Counted from the whole stretch's first letter, positions 1 through 11,642 are shown. The stretch is 63,886 nucleotides of DNA, filler included, from Octopus bimaculoides (GCF_001194135.2; 10 parts of 9 records of this genome joined end to end with filler, not necessarily neighbours in it), one strand, 5' to 3'. The notes: generated by a model not told the origin, from the sequence alone. A program made the numbers and translations.

Positions 1-415
1 ATATATTTATATATATATATATTCACACACACACACACATCTATGTACAAACATTTGTATTCTACTCCACTCTCATCTACAAAGCCAAGCAATAAACAAG
101 TATTTCTCTATGAAATTCCACTTCCACCATGACATGTCAACAGTGACTTATATTTACTTTTATAGAACGGGAAGAATGTCCACAGGGTCATCTCACTTGA
201 AAATTTCTTCCACTCCCTAAACCATTCAGAACAATATCTTATACCAATCACATCCTACTGTTAGCCCTTATTCATATATATATGGAGATATAAAGCATAT
301 CAAATTTAAAAACAAAAACTGTCTTCCCTCTACTTCTTTCATTACCTATTAAAAATAAAACATAAAAGGAATGTATCCAGACCAGAATTAACTTCCCAAT
401 ACCATTTTAGTTTTT

Positions 416-421
416 TTTATT
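416..421 (-). promoter_or_regulatory. Possible AATAAA polyadenylation signal in the AFTPH 3' UTR
   Basis: Plus TTTATT, about 420 nt downstream of the stop. The context is AT-rich, so a chance match is likely. Confidence 0.2.
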
Positions 422-835
422 CAGTTTCTTTCAAGGATTTTGGTATTTTTTTTCTCCTTATCTACAAGATTTATCAAAGTTTCATTGCTCAACATATCAG
501 CAACAGAAAGAAGTTCAATAAGGAAGCCTTCAACCTTTGAGGTTAATCCCTCACACTCTTTTCAAAGGTTCTTCCCCTCCCCTACGAACTGGTTAAATTT
601 TCAATGAAACAAACTTTTAACAGAAAAGTACTTTCAGCCTGGTTGTACAAGAGAAATAAACACCAAATCAACATTGATATATCTCAGTTGCCTTAAACCA
701 CAGAAACTACCAGTGGTTTGTCGAGAAGAAGGTGTGTCATTATACAAGACCCTACCTCCATTTTCTGTGCTGCTTTTGTTGTCTTCTTGTTTTGTTATTT
801 TTCTTTTGTTGTCTGGGTCTTTTTTGTTTTTGCTT

Positions 836-1062
836 TTAGTTAGTCTGACGTACTGGAAACATCAAAACTTTAGCGTGCATGAAAGACAAATCAGGAAGAG
901 TCTGCAGTATTACAGTAGCTTCCTGACTCAAGTGCTCATCTGATGTGTGTCCTCTCTTCACGGTCGTCGACTTGGTGTTGGCTAACATGTCCTCAAGGGG
1001 CTGCATTGGCTTGAAAGAAGGTAATGGCTTCAAAGGGCCACCTAGCAGTTCGGACTCAAACA
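836..1062 (-). CDS. AFTPH: Terminal coding exon of an aftiphilin-like clathrin/AP-1 accessory protein
   Basis: Minus strand: pyrimidine tract + TTTTAG acceptor (AG = plus 1063-1064), phase-1 start, then FESELLGG...STTVKRGHTSDEHLSQEATVILQTLPDLSFMHAKVLMFPVRQTN and TAA (836-838). The C-terminus matches my recollection of vertebrate aftiphilin (EEHLSEEAIKVIAGLPDLTFMHAKVLMFPA); no database search was run. Confidence 0.85.
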
Positions 1063-1691
1063 CTAAAAAGACAAAAGAAAATGAGAAGAAAAGCAATTTT
1101 TTTTCATCATATAATTGTCAATTATAAAAATGGAGTGAATTCTAAATGCATCCATTACACAATTTACTCAAGTTGTTATAGATGAGCAGGCAACATGCAG
1201 GTTCAAGTTCAACAGAAGCACAATCTAGACAAACTGATGATTGAGCAAATAGCTGAGTGTTTAATTCAAGCAATTTACCAAAACATTCCTGATTGTCATT
1301 AGTTTATGATAATACAACAGAACAAATGTCACAACTAGTATTGGACTCAGTATTGAGAGGATTCCTAAGAAACAAAATGAGTATATTGCAGAACAAACAA
1401 TTAGAAATACATTGGCTGAATCACTGAAGTGATATTTAGTTACAGTTTTTTACATCCTGAGTTCAAATACCAGGGGTTAATAAAACAAGTACCAGTCAAT
1501 TACTGGAGATGTACATCACTTGCATATGGGACTCTCATCCAGCTATTCAGTAACAAGAAAATGCCAAATAGCATTCATCTATGGAAGTTTACAGGTACTG
1601 TATTTGAAAGAATATACACAGGCATTCATTTGTATTATGTTGTCTGTAAAAAAAAAAAAAGAACGGTACTGATCTGTTACAGTGTGCAGAA

Positions 1692-1891
1692 ACAGCTACA
1701 TACAGCAGTTGATGTGTTTCAGTGGACAGCAACAGCTATATACTGCAGTCAATAAGTTGCAGTAGACATAATCAACTGCAAACTGCAATTGATGTACTGC
1801 AGTAAGCACCTAAAGCTAAATACTGCAGCCAATGTGTTGGAGTGGGTACCAACAGCTGCATACTGCTGTTGATGTGTTGCAACAAACACAA
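1692..1891. repeat. Degenerate 40-bp minisatellite, 5 units
   Basis: Units start at 1692, 1732, 1772, 1812 and 1852; consensus about ACAGCTAYATACTGCAGTYGATGTGTTGCAGTRGACAHCA. Confidence 0.8.
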
Positions 1892-2089
1892 CAAGTAATA
1901 TGCTATTACAATTAAAATGCTGCAATGGACATGTGGTAGTTATTGTTTACCCAGCTCTCACCCACAACCCATACTAACAGTATTAACAATGTGAGTGAAA
2001 AAAGAACAATAAATAGAGCACGAAAATCTGGGTGCTAGCCTAATCTGTACAGAAGAAATAATCATAATAATAATAATAATAATAATAAT

Positions 2090-2449
2090 AAATGCCTGGA
2101 TGCAGTACCAGGCAGTGGCTCTCATGGATTCTGATCTTAATTAATTGGAAGTGTTATCATGTACATTGTTTTGTCTTGGTATAAAAGATGGGCTACAGCA
2201 AATATTCTGCTCAATACCACAGATTTGCTTGTCAGTTGTTTGACCTTAACCAGTTGAGCATGTCCCTTGGTGGCTGACGATACGTGCATCTCTAATCATG
2301 AGCAGAAGTAGTGGGGGAGCATCATAGCCATGTGTTGAGAGAAATTCTTTGGAGTTTGAATAATTCACCTTTGGAAACATGGGTGTTTCATTCAACATCC
2401 TTAAACGAACTTTATTCAAGGACCTTTTGAGCGGGATGGGCTACTCGAC
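2090..2449. mobile_element. Partial copy (cut by gap) of a ~550-bp interspersed repeat sitting in (AAT)n
   Basis: Highly similar to 3781-4137 and preceded by an (AAT)n tract. Confidence 0.85.
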
Positions 2450-2651
2450 NNNNNNNNNNNNNNNNNNNNNNNNNNNNNNNNNNNNNNNNNNNNNNNNNNN
2501 NNNNNNNNNNNNNNNNNNNNNNNNNNNNNNNNNNNNNNNNNNNNNNNNNNNNNNNNNNNNNNNNNNNNNNNNNNNNNNNNNNNNNNNNNNNNNNNNNNNN
2601 NNNNNNNNNNNNNNNNNNNNNNNNNNNNNNNNNNNNNNNNNNNNNNNNNNN

Positions 2652-2909
2652 NCGATCCTGAAAGGATGAAAGGCAAAGCCAACCTCAGCAGAATTTGAAT
2701 TCAGAATGTAAAGATGGATGAAATGCCACTAAGGTAGTGGGTAAGTCAATTACATTGACCCCAGTGTTTCACTGGTACTTATTTTATCGATCCTGAAAGG
2801 ATGAAAGGCAAAGCCAACCTCAGCAGAATTTGAACTCAGAGAATGAAGACAGACAAAATGTCACTTAACATTTTGCCTAGCAAGGTAATGGTTTTGCTAG
2901 CTCACCACT

Positions 2910-2964
<55 letters not shown>

Positions 2965-3550
2965 TGATGATGATGATAATGATCCTTTCTACTATAGACA
3001 CACAGCTTGAAATTTTGGAAGAGAGGTCAGTCAATTACATTGACCCCAGTAATTATTTTATTGACCCTGAAAGGATGAAAGACAAAAATAATCTTAGTGG
3101 AATTTGAACTCAGAACATAAATAACCAACATGCTAAGAACTTTGCCAGTTTGCTGCCTGCATAATAATTCTCTCTACTACAGGCATAAGGCCTGAAATTT
3201 TGGGGTGGGGGAGGGAACAATTTGATTACATCAACTCCAGTGCTCAACTGATAATCATTTTACCAACCCCAAAAGGATGAAAAGCAATGTCAACCTTGGC
3301 AGCATTTGAACTCAGAGTGTAAGGAACATAAAGAGCTGAATAATAATGGTTTCAAATTTTGGTACAAGGTCAGCAATTTTAGGGGAGCAAGTAAGTTAAT
3401 TATATTGACCCAAGTAGTTTATTTATCAACCCAGAAAGGATAAATGGCAAAGTCGATCTCTCTGAGTACAAATTCTGCTGAGATAGATCAACTTTGCCTT
3501 TCATCCTTACAGGGTTGATAAAATAAGTACCAGCTGAGCAGTAAGTTAAT
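2652..3550. mobile_element. Cluster of ~5-6 decayed tRNA-derived SINE copies (family A: GAGTTCAAATTCCGCCGAGGTCGACTTTGCCTTTCATCCTTTCGGGGTCGATAAA core)
   Basis: Repeated gaaaggatgaaaggcaaagYcaacctcagcagaatttgaactcaga blocks separated by (AAT)n. Mostly minus orientation, with one plus copy at ~3462-3550. Confidence 0.85.
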
Positions 3551-3780
3551 GTAGCAGTAGCAGTAATAATAATAATAATTTTCCTATTTTTTAATTTTTT
3601 CTTCTGTCCTTTTTTTCTACCACATGACTTAGTAAATGAACAACTTGGTGCATTTATTCTCATGGCCTACCAATGTATACAGTGAGTTTCTTTGCCATAG
3701 GTGTCAGGAAGACACTTGGCAAGAAATGGAAACAAAATTGAAAGAAGAGGATAATGAGAGTAATGATAATAATAATAATA

Positions 3781-4334
3781 AATGCCCTGATGCAATACCA
3801 GGCAGTGGCTCTCATGGCTGCTGATCTTAACTGATTCGAAGTATTATCATATACATGTTTTGTCTTGGTATAAAAGATGGGCTACAGCAAATATTCTTAG
3901 TACCATAGATTTGCTTGTCAGTTGTTTGACCTTAACCAGTTGAGCATGTCCCTTGGTGGCTGATGATATATGCACCTCTGATCACATGCAGAGGTAATGG
4001 GGGAGCATCACAGCCATGTGTTGAAAGGAATTCTTTGGGGTTTGAATAATTCACCTTTGGAAACATGGGCATTTCATTCAACATCCTTAAACAAATCTTA
4101 TTCAGGGACCTTTTGAGCATAATGGGCTCCTCGACCTGAAGAATATTCTAACTGGGTCCCATCTGCAAGGTCATGCACTGTTTATCTTGATATGAGATCA
4201 TCATGTCATGCACATATGATTGTGATGCATGTGCTTGGTGTACCCTCATCAGACGGATAGTCATGATGGGTGTATTGCCCTTCGTATGTTTGTACCCCAG
4301 TGTCACTTTGATGGCATGAGTTGCTCTCTCACTC
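3781..4334. mobile_element. ~550-bp non-coding interspersed repeat flanked on both sides by (AAT)n
   Basis: Second copy of the 2090 element, with AAT runs at both borders and no ORF. Class (SINE or LINE 3' UTR) uncertain. Confidence 0.75.
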
Positions 4335-4354
4335 AATAATAATAAAAATTTTAG

Positions 4355-4540
4355 CACAAGGCCAGTGATTTTATGGGAAAGGTGTTAATCGATTGCATTG
4401 ATAAGCATAGTGGTATCAACCCCAAAAGGATGAAGGTAAAGTCAACCTTAGCAGAATTTGAACTCAGAACATAAAGAATTGAAAGAGATGCCACTGAGCA
4501 TTTTGTCTGACGTGCTAATAATTCTATCAATTTGCCACCT

Positions 4541-4574
<34 letters not shown>

Positions 4575-4740
4575 AAAGCCTTTCTACTATAGGTACAAGG
4601 CCTTAAACTTTTTAGTGGGGAGGGCCAGTCAATTACATTGATGAAAGGCAAAATTCACCAAGGCAGAATTCAAACTCATATAAAGCCAGAGGCTCAAAGC
4701 ATTTTGTCCAGCATGCTATTAATTCTGCTAACTCACCACC
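4355..4740 (-). mobile_element. Two decayed family-A SINE copies separated by (GAT)n
   Basis: Same core motif and head (..gctaactcaccacc). Confidence 0.8.
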
Positions 4741-5034
4741 ATCATCACTATCATCATCATTTTTACAGCTGCTTTTTCATGCTTATTGCCCACTTTTGCA
4801 GTTGTAAAAATGATAATGTTGGTGATGATAAATTCTACACAGATCAAGCTAACAGCCTGATTTTTATTCCCTATATGTTGCAACTATTTCTTTTTATATT
4901 TGTAATACTGTCGGTGTAGGAGGTGCAGGGGGGAGGGGGAGAGACACAGAGCAAGCCAGTAAGGTTAGGAGGAAAATGGCACAAAACCAACTAACTCTGA
5001 AAAACAGAGGCCACTGTAGTAAAAGGTAAGGTAA

Positions 5035-5354
5035 AGACGCTCTTCAGTCAAGAATGACCATGGGATTGCACCTAGAAAGTTACCCTCTGAGGCACAAGTT
5101 CAGGCAAGGTTGGTTATGGAAGACCAGCAGTCACCCATACATACCAGCCTCCCCTCTCCACATCATTGGTGTTATCCAAGGGAAAGATAAAGGACGATAC
5201 AGCTTCACATCAGTGATGTTGCAATTCATTTCTACAGCTGAGTGAACTGGAGCAACACGAAATAAAGTGTCTTGCTCAAGAGCACAACACACAGCCTGTT
5301 CCAGGAATCAAACTCACTACCTCATGATTGTGAGCTCGGCACTCTAATCACTGT
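5035..5354 (-). mobile_element. tRNA-headed CORE-like SINE (family B), CpG-decayed copy
   Basis: Colinear with 12388-12726. Minus strand has tRNA-like A/B boxes and a TTGAGCAAGACACTTTATTTC...CAGCTGTAGAAATG core-like segment. Confidence 0.85.
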
Positions 5355-6823
5355 GGTAATACTAGTGGAAATAGTATAGTGAAGAGACAACACATCTGTG
5401 GGCTAGGGGTTGGAGTACACTGGCCAGTGACTTCATGCCAATTAGTCAGTTGATCTTTTTCTCTGTGAGAGATCTAAACTCTGTAAAGAGAAGGTAGTTG
5501 TCAGAAGCTGAAGTATGTTCTGACCTTGAACAAACTGTAAGATAACAGAGAGATTCTCAGTGAGAAAAAAAATCTCAAAATCAATAAGCCAGCTTACTGA
5601 GTCATTTGGCATGTTCAATATAGAAGTCAAAGCTTTTTAGAAAATTTTCTAATAGCTTTAAAATAGTAATTACATGAGTCAAGGAGGGAATTCTTTTCAT
5701 AATTAAATTGGTCAATATTAAAATTAAATCAACCTCAATAAAATTTAGTGATGTTTTAAAAATCAAGACCATAAAAACAAGCAAGAAGGATACTGTGTAG
5801 TCAGACTATTCTAAGCAGCAGTCAAATCTCTCTCAACAAACACATTTCCCATTTTTAAAATTATAGCCATAGGATTCAGTGAGGAATCTCTTTGTAGGCA
5901 CTCAGCAGAAAAATTTCCTTCAATATTTTACCCATTATCTTTGACCATTTTCCTTTTTCTGCTATATTTCTAATGAAATTTCTTCTCATGTGTTTCAATT
6001 AAATTTGAAAATAATCAAGAATCTGGAGGAATTTAATAAACTAACTTTTATTATTATCCTTATTATTATTAAAACTGTTTATAAACTGAACAAAAGATTC
6101 TTACATAAAATTGTAATAAGAGATTTTAATTTAAGTAAAGCTCATTAAAAGAGGCATTTTTGAATCACAAAATCAAAGTGGGGTCTCAGGAGGGTTGATA
6201 TCAAAATGGTTATTTTAGCATCTTTTTTTTAAAAAATTAGGACAGCATTTCCCACAGCAAAAAAAAGAATGGCTTTTGCTAGAGACACACAATGACTATT
6301 CTGTTCATTTAATTATATACAACATAAACGTAGTTGTATATAAGGAAAACTGGTCAACAACTATGTGTATAAATTTTTCTCTATAGCTTTTTGAAACATC
6401 AAAAGGTCATCTATCAGGCTCTTAAGTAGGTCTAACCATATCTGACAAGTACTGTAGAACATATGTATGCAAAATACTGTGGCTACCATATAATTCACTT
6501 CATAAACTAACCTAAAAACTGTACTTTCTCAAAAAATTAGCATTTGAGAAAAAGAATTTATAATTACTCTTTAAAAATGAAACTGAAAAAAGAATACCAA
6601 ATGAAAGTTTCAAAAAATCCTATCAAGTTAACCTTTTAAAAAACCCAAGGTTTATCTTAACACCATTTTCCTAAAATTCTGTTGAACACAATCTGAGGGC
6701 AACAAATAAACCTCATTCACATGCATTATGCAATGGAAAGCCTGAAGAAATCACAGTCAACCAAACCAGCATGCAAGGTGTTCACACTGAATTGAGTTTA
6801 GAGCAGTAAGCTAACTGTTTATA

Positions 6824-6861
<38 letters not shown>

Positions 6862-6982
6862 AACAAACACACATACACATAAAAAAATTACTTGAGTGAC
6901 AAGCAGAACAGGTTTCTCAAGTGAGTTAAGATCAGAAATAAAGAAATGAAGGAGAATGAGAAATCAAGCAGAGGATCCTTAC

Positions 6983-6997
6983 CCCAGTCCAGGTCAT
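6983..6997 (-). CDS. Candidate 15-nt phase 1-1 microexon of the AFTPH-like gene
   Basis: Minus: ttattttccctccatcccAG|ATGACCTGGACTGGG|GTAAGG. Strong acceptor and donor, length a multiple of 3. Spliced to the last exon it reads x-D-L-D-W-V-FESEL with no stop. No transcript evidence. Confidence 0.5.
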
Positions 6998-7419
6998 CTG
7001 GGATGGAGGGAAAATAAGGTGAATTCAGTAAAAGGATTATTGATTTGACAAACAATCAAAATACTTGGATGTTTAATTCCAGAAAGCTCAATATAGTATC
7101 ATAAGGACAAATTAAATTTATGATGAAATTAGCAAACATTCACACAGTGAAACCAAAATGTGTTTGTAATTTTTCTTCTCTTTTTTGGGGTTTTTTTTTT
7201 CTTTCTCAGATATCATAAATTCAAACATCAACCATAATGTCTCATGTTTGTTTTGCAATAGGTGGCATCATAGTTTTCACATGTCTGCAAATTATATTTT
7301 GCCATTTACCTCAGTCCTACATGACACTGACTATAAGGTCCAACATCCCTTCGTTCTGACCTCACATACTTTTTCAATATATTTTCTTGATCTTCTTCTG
7401 GCACAAATAATCATAATTT

Positions 7420-7800
7420 TGGTTTCAAATTCAGGGAGGAGGTAAGTAAATGACACTGACCCAAGTGCTTGACTGGTACTTATTTTATCGACCCTGAAAG
7501 GATGAAAGGCAAAGTCAGCCTCAGCAGAATTTGAACACAGAGTGTAAAAGATGGACGAAATGTCATTAAGCATTTTGCCCTGGGTGCTAACAATTCTGCC
7601 ACCTCATTGCCTTTCAGATAATAGTAATTTTGAATTCTAGCATCGGCAGAAATCCCTGAGATTAAATCAATCTCAGCTCTTGACTGACCCTTTATTTTAT
7701 TGATGTTGGAGGGGTGAAGGATAAGATTGATCTCAACAAAAATTTGATTTAAAACCTAATGGATCATAACTAAATACCACAAGGCATTTTATCCAGCACT
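7420..7800 (-). mobile_element. Two family-A SINE copies (second heavily decayed)
   Basis: ttatcgaccctgaaaggatgaaaggcaaagtcagcctcagcagaatttgaac core. Confidence 0.8.
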
Positions 7801-8302
7801 AATGATTTTACTGATACACCACCCTAGCAGTTAATTACAATTTTGTCAGATTCTTTTATTTGCTTCTCTTACAATAATCATATTAAACATATTGAAGAAA
7901 ATCCTAATATTTCACATCCATTAAGTGATATACGCACCAGTAAATTCCTGTCACACCACATTCTCACTTTTAGCTCTCTACTCCATAAAGACTGCTTCAG
8001 CCCTCAGTCATACATTACAAGAATCCACTCAACTAAGATTTATCATATGAGTGTGTGTGTGTTTGTGTGTCTGTGTGAAACTGAGATGTTCGTGCCTATA
8101 TACATATTATATATATATATATATACATAAAGGGTGTATATATATATATAAAAGTAAATGTAGGGATAAACAAATTACTGATTTGTCTAACTTGTTTATC
8201 CCTACATTTACTTCTATACCCACTCAAGTTTAAATCTTTTGAGCACTACTAAGTGTATTCTATATTGAAAATATCTGACTCTCATCTATGAACTATATGT
8301 GC

Positions 8303-8401
<99 letters not shown>

Positions 8402-8631
8402 ATGCTAGTGTTAAACAACTGAGATATCATGTCATCATTTATGTATAAACACTTTAATATTGGGTGATTTTAAGACAGTTGCTCTTATATTAAAAGGGTT
8501 AACAAAAAAAATTTCACCTTACTATTAATGAATTTGGTATTTTTGCAATGCTCTCCATTAACCAATTGATTGCAATTTTGACCTTTATAGAAATTATTGT
8601 CATATGTTGGTACAAGCATGTTATAGTCTCA

Positions 8632-8791
8632 GGCACAGAGACAGATAATGTGGTTAAGAAGTTCAATTCACAACAACAGGGCTTGGGGTTCAGACCCACT
8701 CTACAGCACCTTTGGTCACTATCTTCTACTGCCTCAAGTCAATGCCTTATGAGCGAATTTGATAGACAGAAACTGTGGGAAGCCTGTGTGT

Positions 8792-8822
<31 letters not shown>
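8632..8822 (+). mobile_element. Decayed tRNA-headed SINE (family C) 5' half followed by (TG)n
   Basis: tgtggttaagaagtt A-box-like and ggttcagacccac B-box-like motifs, ending gacagaaactgtgggaagcc(tg)n. Confidence 0.6.
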
Positions 8823-8824
<2 letters not shown>

Positions 8825-9401
8825 GACATACGCTTGCATGTATGTGTGTTACTATCTACACTCATGCACCATGGGCAGCAGTACCACCATTGCCTGGCAA
8901 CAAATCATCTGCTCATCTCACTCTGAAAACATACAAAACAAAAGATCCTCTGACCCCAAAACAGAAGAGGGACAGTCACCGGAAGGGATTCTGGCTGCAA
9001 AACAATGTCCCACAATACACTTGTTCAACCCATGCCAGCATGGAAAAAGGCATGCAAATCAAATGAATCAGTCAATGTAAGTTTAATGTAAGGAACACAC
9101 ATACACAAACATATAGATGAATGCGTGTAAATAAACATGTATATACACATACACACACATGTAAATACATACATATACATATAGACTCAATCATAATTTA
9201 AAAGTAACATAATCTAAAACAAACACAAAATGTAGCAATGCAGATTTATAGAACTAAAGAGTATATAAAAAAAAAAATCGGTAACATATACGACACACAT
9301 CATCTCAAAACCCATCTCAAAACCTTATGTTCTAACCAACTGGTAATGGTGTAATATCAATCAAACTTTTGTTTGTTTATATTATATTTGTCTATTATAG
9401 A

Positions 9402-9590
9402 AGTGGAAGTGTGTGATTTAGTGATTAGGGGTGTTGGACTTATGATTGTGAAATTGTGGTTCCAGTCCACTCAGCTGGCAAAAAATGAGTAACCCTGTGA
9501 CAGACCAGCATCCCGTCCAGGTGGGGAATTTATATGCCACAGGAACTGGGAAACTGACCCTATGAATCTATATGACTTTGGAAGGATCTT
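9402..9590 (+). mobile_element. Decayed tRNA-headed SINE (family D)
   Basis: tttagtgattaggggtgttggac head, then ccagtccactcagctg and ccctgtgacagaccagcatcccgtccagg body. Confidence 0.55.
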
Positions 9591-10723
9591 CATCCTTTTC
9601 TCTTTTTTTATTCTATTACAGTAATGTAACAGGGTAACGCTCTTAATAGGATAAGTAGGGAGGAAGATGAGAGAAAGTGAGATAAAAATAAAATTAAAAA
9701 GGGGGAAGATGAAAGAAAAGAAGATAAAGAAAAACAATATAAAATACAATAAAAATAGTAGTAAAAAAAGGTTTAATTTCTTCAATAGGTTAATGGACGT
9801 AAAATTTTTTTTTGTTCAGGGATACACACAGACACATACACACTTATTCATACACACACATTCATTCACACATATATAAAATTTATATTTATATTTTTAT
9901 TCCCATTATCTTCCTCCCTGCTAATGGCATTACCTTCTTATCTTATTAAAATCCAACCATGTTCCCTGAGACACCAACCCACTGCCCTTGTCTCTTATAC
10001 TTTACTTTTTAATAACTAACAGAGGCAGAGGTTGCTTTTACCATTTTATTTGGGAACTTTAGAGGCTTTTGTTTTTGTTTTCTGGAGGTGGTATTTTTTT
10101 TTTTTTTTGCTAATTTGGCATGTTATATGTATTTTGTTTTGCATTTTTTTTTGTGGTGGTTAACTGCAAGTCCTTCCTACAAATAATCACTCCAGTGAAG
10201 CAAAACAAAATCCTACTTGGAATTTAGACTGAAGGAAACAGAGTAATGTGTACTGTAGAGGAATGTAACAGAAAGGTTTGAACTTTAGCCTGGCTATAAT
10301 ATTGAATAGTCCCTTACCTTATCCTGCAAACGATTATACTTCCCATTTCCCCATTATTTTAAGCATATATATATATATATATATATAGTAAAATCAGCAA
10401 TCTGAGCAAACTGGTGGTATGCGTCAGCCAAAATTAATCAATAAAAGAGTTTGCAGTAGTTTAGTGAGCTAATTTGTCAAGAGGAATGAAAGAGTCGAAC
10501 ATTTGCCCAACATCCAAGACAAAAACAGAGACAGAGAATTTATAAAAAGTGTTGTCTCACTCACTCACACACATCCCTTTAATTAGGTGATGACTATTTT
10601 TCAGCAAAACAAATCAAGGCACTTGCTTAAAAGTAGCAATAGCTATATCAAGTTTAGAAGGGCTAAAACACAGAATTTAACTTCTCACCTAGTGAGAAAG
10701 GGGAAGGAGAGAGAGAGGGAGAG

Positions 10724-10809
<86 letters not shown>

Positions 10810-10936
10810 TACATGCATATATACATATACATTAATACACACACACACACACATACATATATACATATACATTAATACACACACACACACACNNNNNNNN
10901 NNNNNNNNNNNNNNNNNNNNNNNNNNNNNNNNNNNN

Positions 10937-10948
10937 TTAATTAATTAA
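10937..10948. other. Assembly gap spacer TTAATTAATTAA between N runs (also near 20714, 42538, 50658, 54309, 56600, 58681, 59993, 62820)
   Basis: Identical 12-mer embedded in N blocks nine times; it encodes stops in all six frames. Confidence 0.95.
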
Positions 10949-11116
10949 NNNNNNNNNNNNNNNNNNNNNNNNNNNNNNNNNNNNNNNNNNNNTTACTGTT
11001 AATACTTCATTTAGAGAATTAACATTGCTTGTTTTCACCTTTTCGATATCAGTGAAGAATTTCACTGGAAAAGAAGATATAAGATTGCCAGGTTTTTGTC
11101 TCTCTCACCAAGGTCA

Positions 11117-11175
11117 GCAGCTGTCGGACGCCGACGAAGGGAAATAACCCTGAAATCCGGATACGTTCGTGCTGC
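11117..11175 (+). ncRNA. Type I hammerhead ribozyme motif (U4C variant)
   Basis: GCAGC-tgt-CGGACG [CCGACGA] AGGG-aaataa-CCCT [GAAA] TCCGGA-T-A | CGTTCG-t-GCTGC. All three stems pair, stem III is the palindrome ATCCGGAT, and predicted cleavage is after A11163. Confidence 0.75.
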
Positions 11176-11365
11176 AGATGTTGGTGAGAGGGATAACTTC
11201 CCTTGGCAAACAGGACACAGTCGTGTGTCGATAAGCCAGCTGGAGGAGATGTCCTCCTGGGGCTAAAAGCAACAGTAACATCCACCCCTAGGGGTCAGCC
11301 ACACTTAAGTGGCAATATACTACACTTTATCGTCCGATTTTAACAGTTATTTTTTTAAAGCTATA

Positions 11366-11642
11366 ATGGAAATGGCAAAGGAGCATATTCGGTATATATT
11401 GCTTTATGAGTTCAATAAAGCAACATCGCAACGGAAAGTGCCAGGAATATTAATGGAATGTATGGGGATCGGACAATAAGCGTAAGCCAGTGTCAAGCGT
11501 GCTTCCAGAAATTCCGAACTGGAAACTACATCCTACAAGATGAGCCTCGTGCTGGGAGATCTGAAAAAGACACTGAGGACGTCCTGCAAACCCAGATGGA
11601 ACCAAATTGCATCGTAACTGTTGAAGAAGTAGCAGAGAAGCT
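11366..11642 (+). pseudogene. Mariner transposase N-terminal (HTH) fragment, frameshifted and truncated
   Basis: MEMAKEHIRYILLYEFNK / (1-nt deletion) ATESARNINGMYGDRTISVSQCQACFQKFRTGNYILQDEPRAGR...VTVEEVAEKL, resembling the Hsmar1/Mos1-type N-terminus. Confidence 0.85.

Noticed and set aside
1168-1224. 57-nt phase-compatible candidate exon just upstream of the AFTPH last exon
   Set aside because: Weak donor (A|GTAAAT) and no recognisable similarity in the required frame.
10318-10323. 6-nt candidate microexon (ttgcAG|GATAAG|GTAAGG, minus)
   Set aside because: Weak pyrimidine tract, and it would put a TAA in frame at phase 1.
10937-10948. Recurrent TTAATTAATTAA (PacI-like) palindromes
   Set aside because: Always embedded in N runs; a synthetic gap spacer, not biology.
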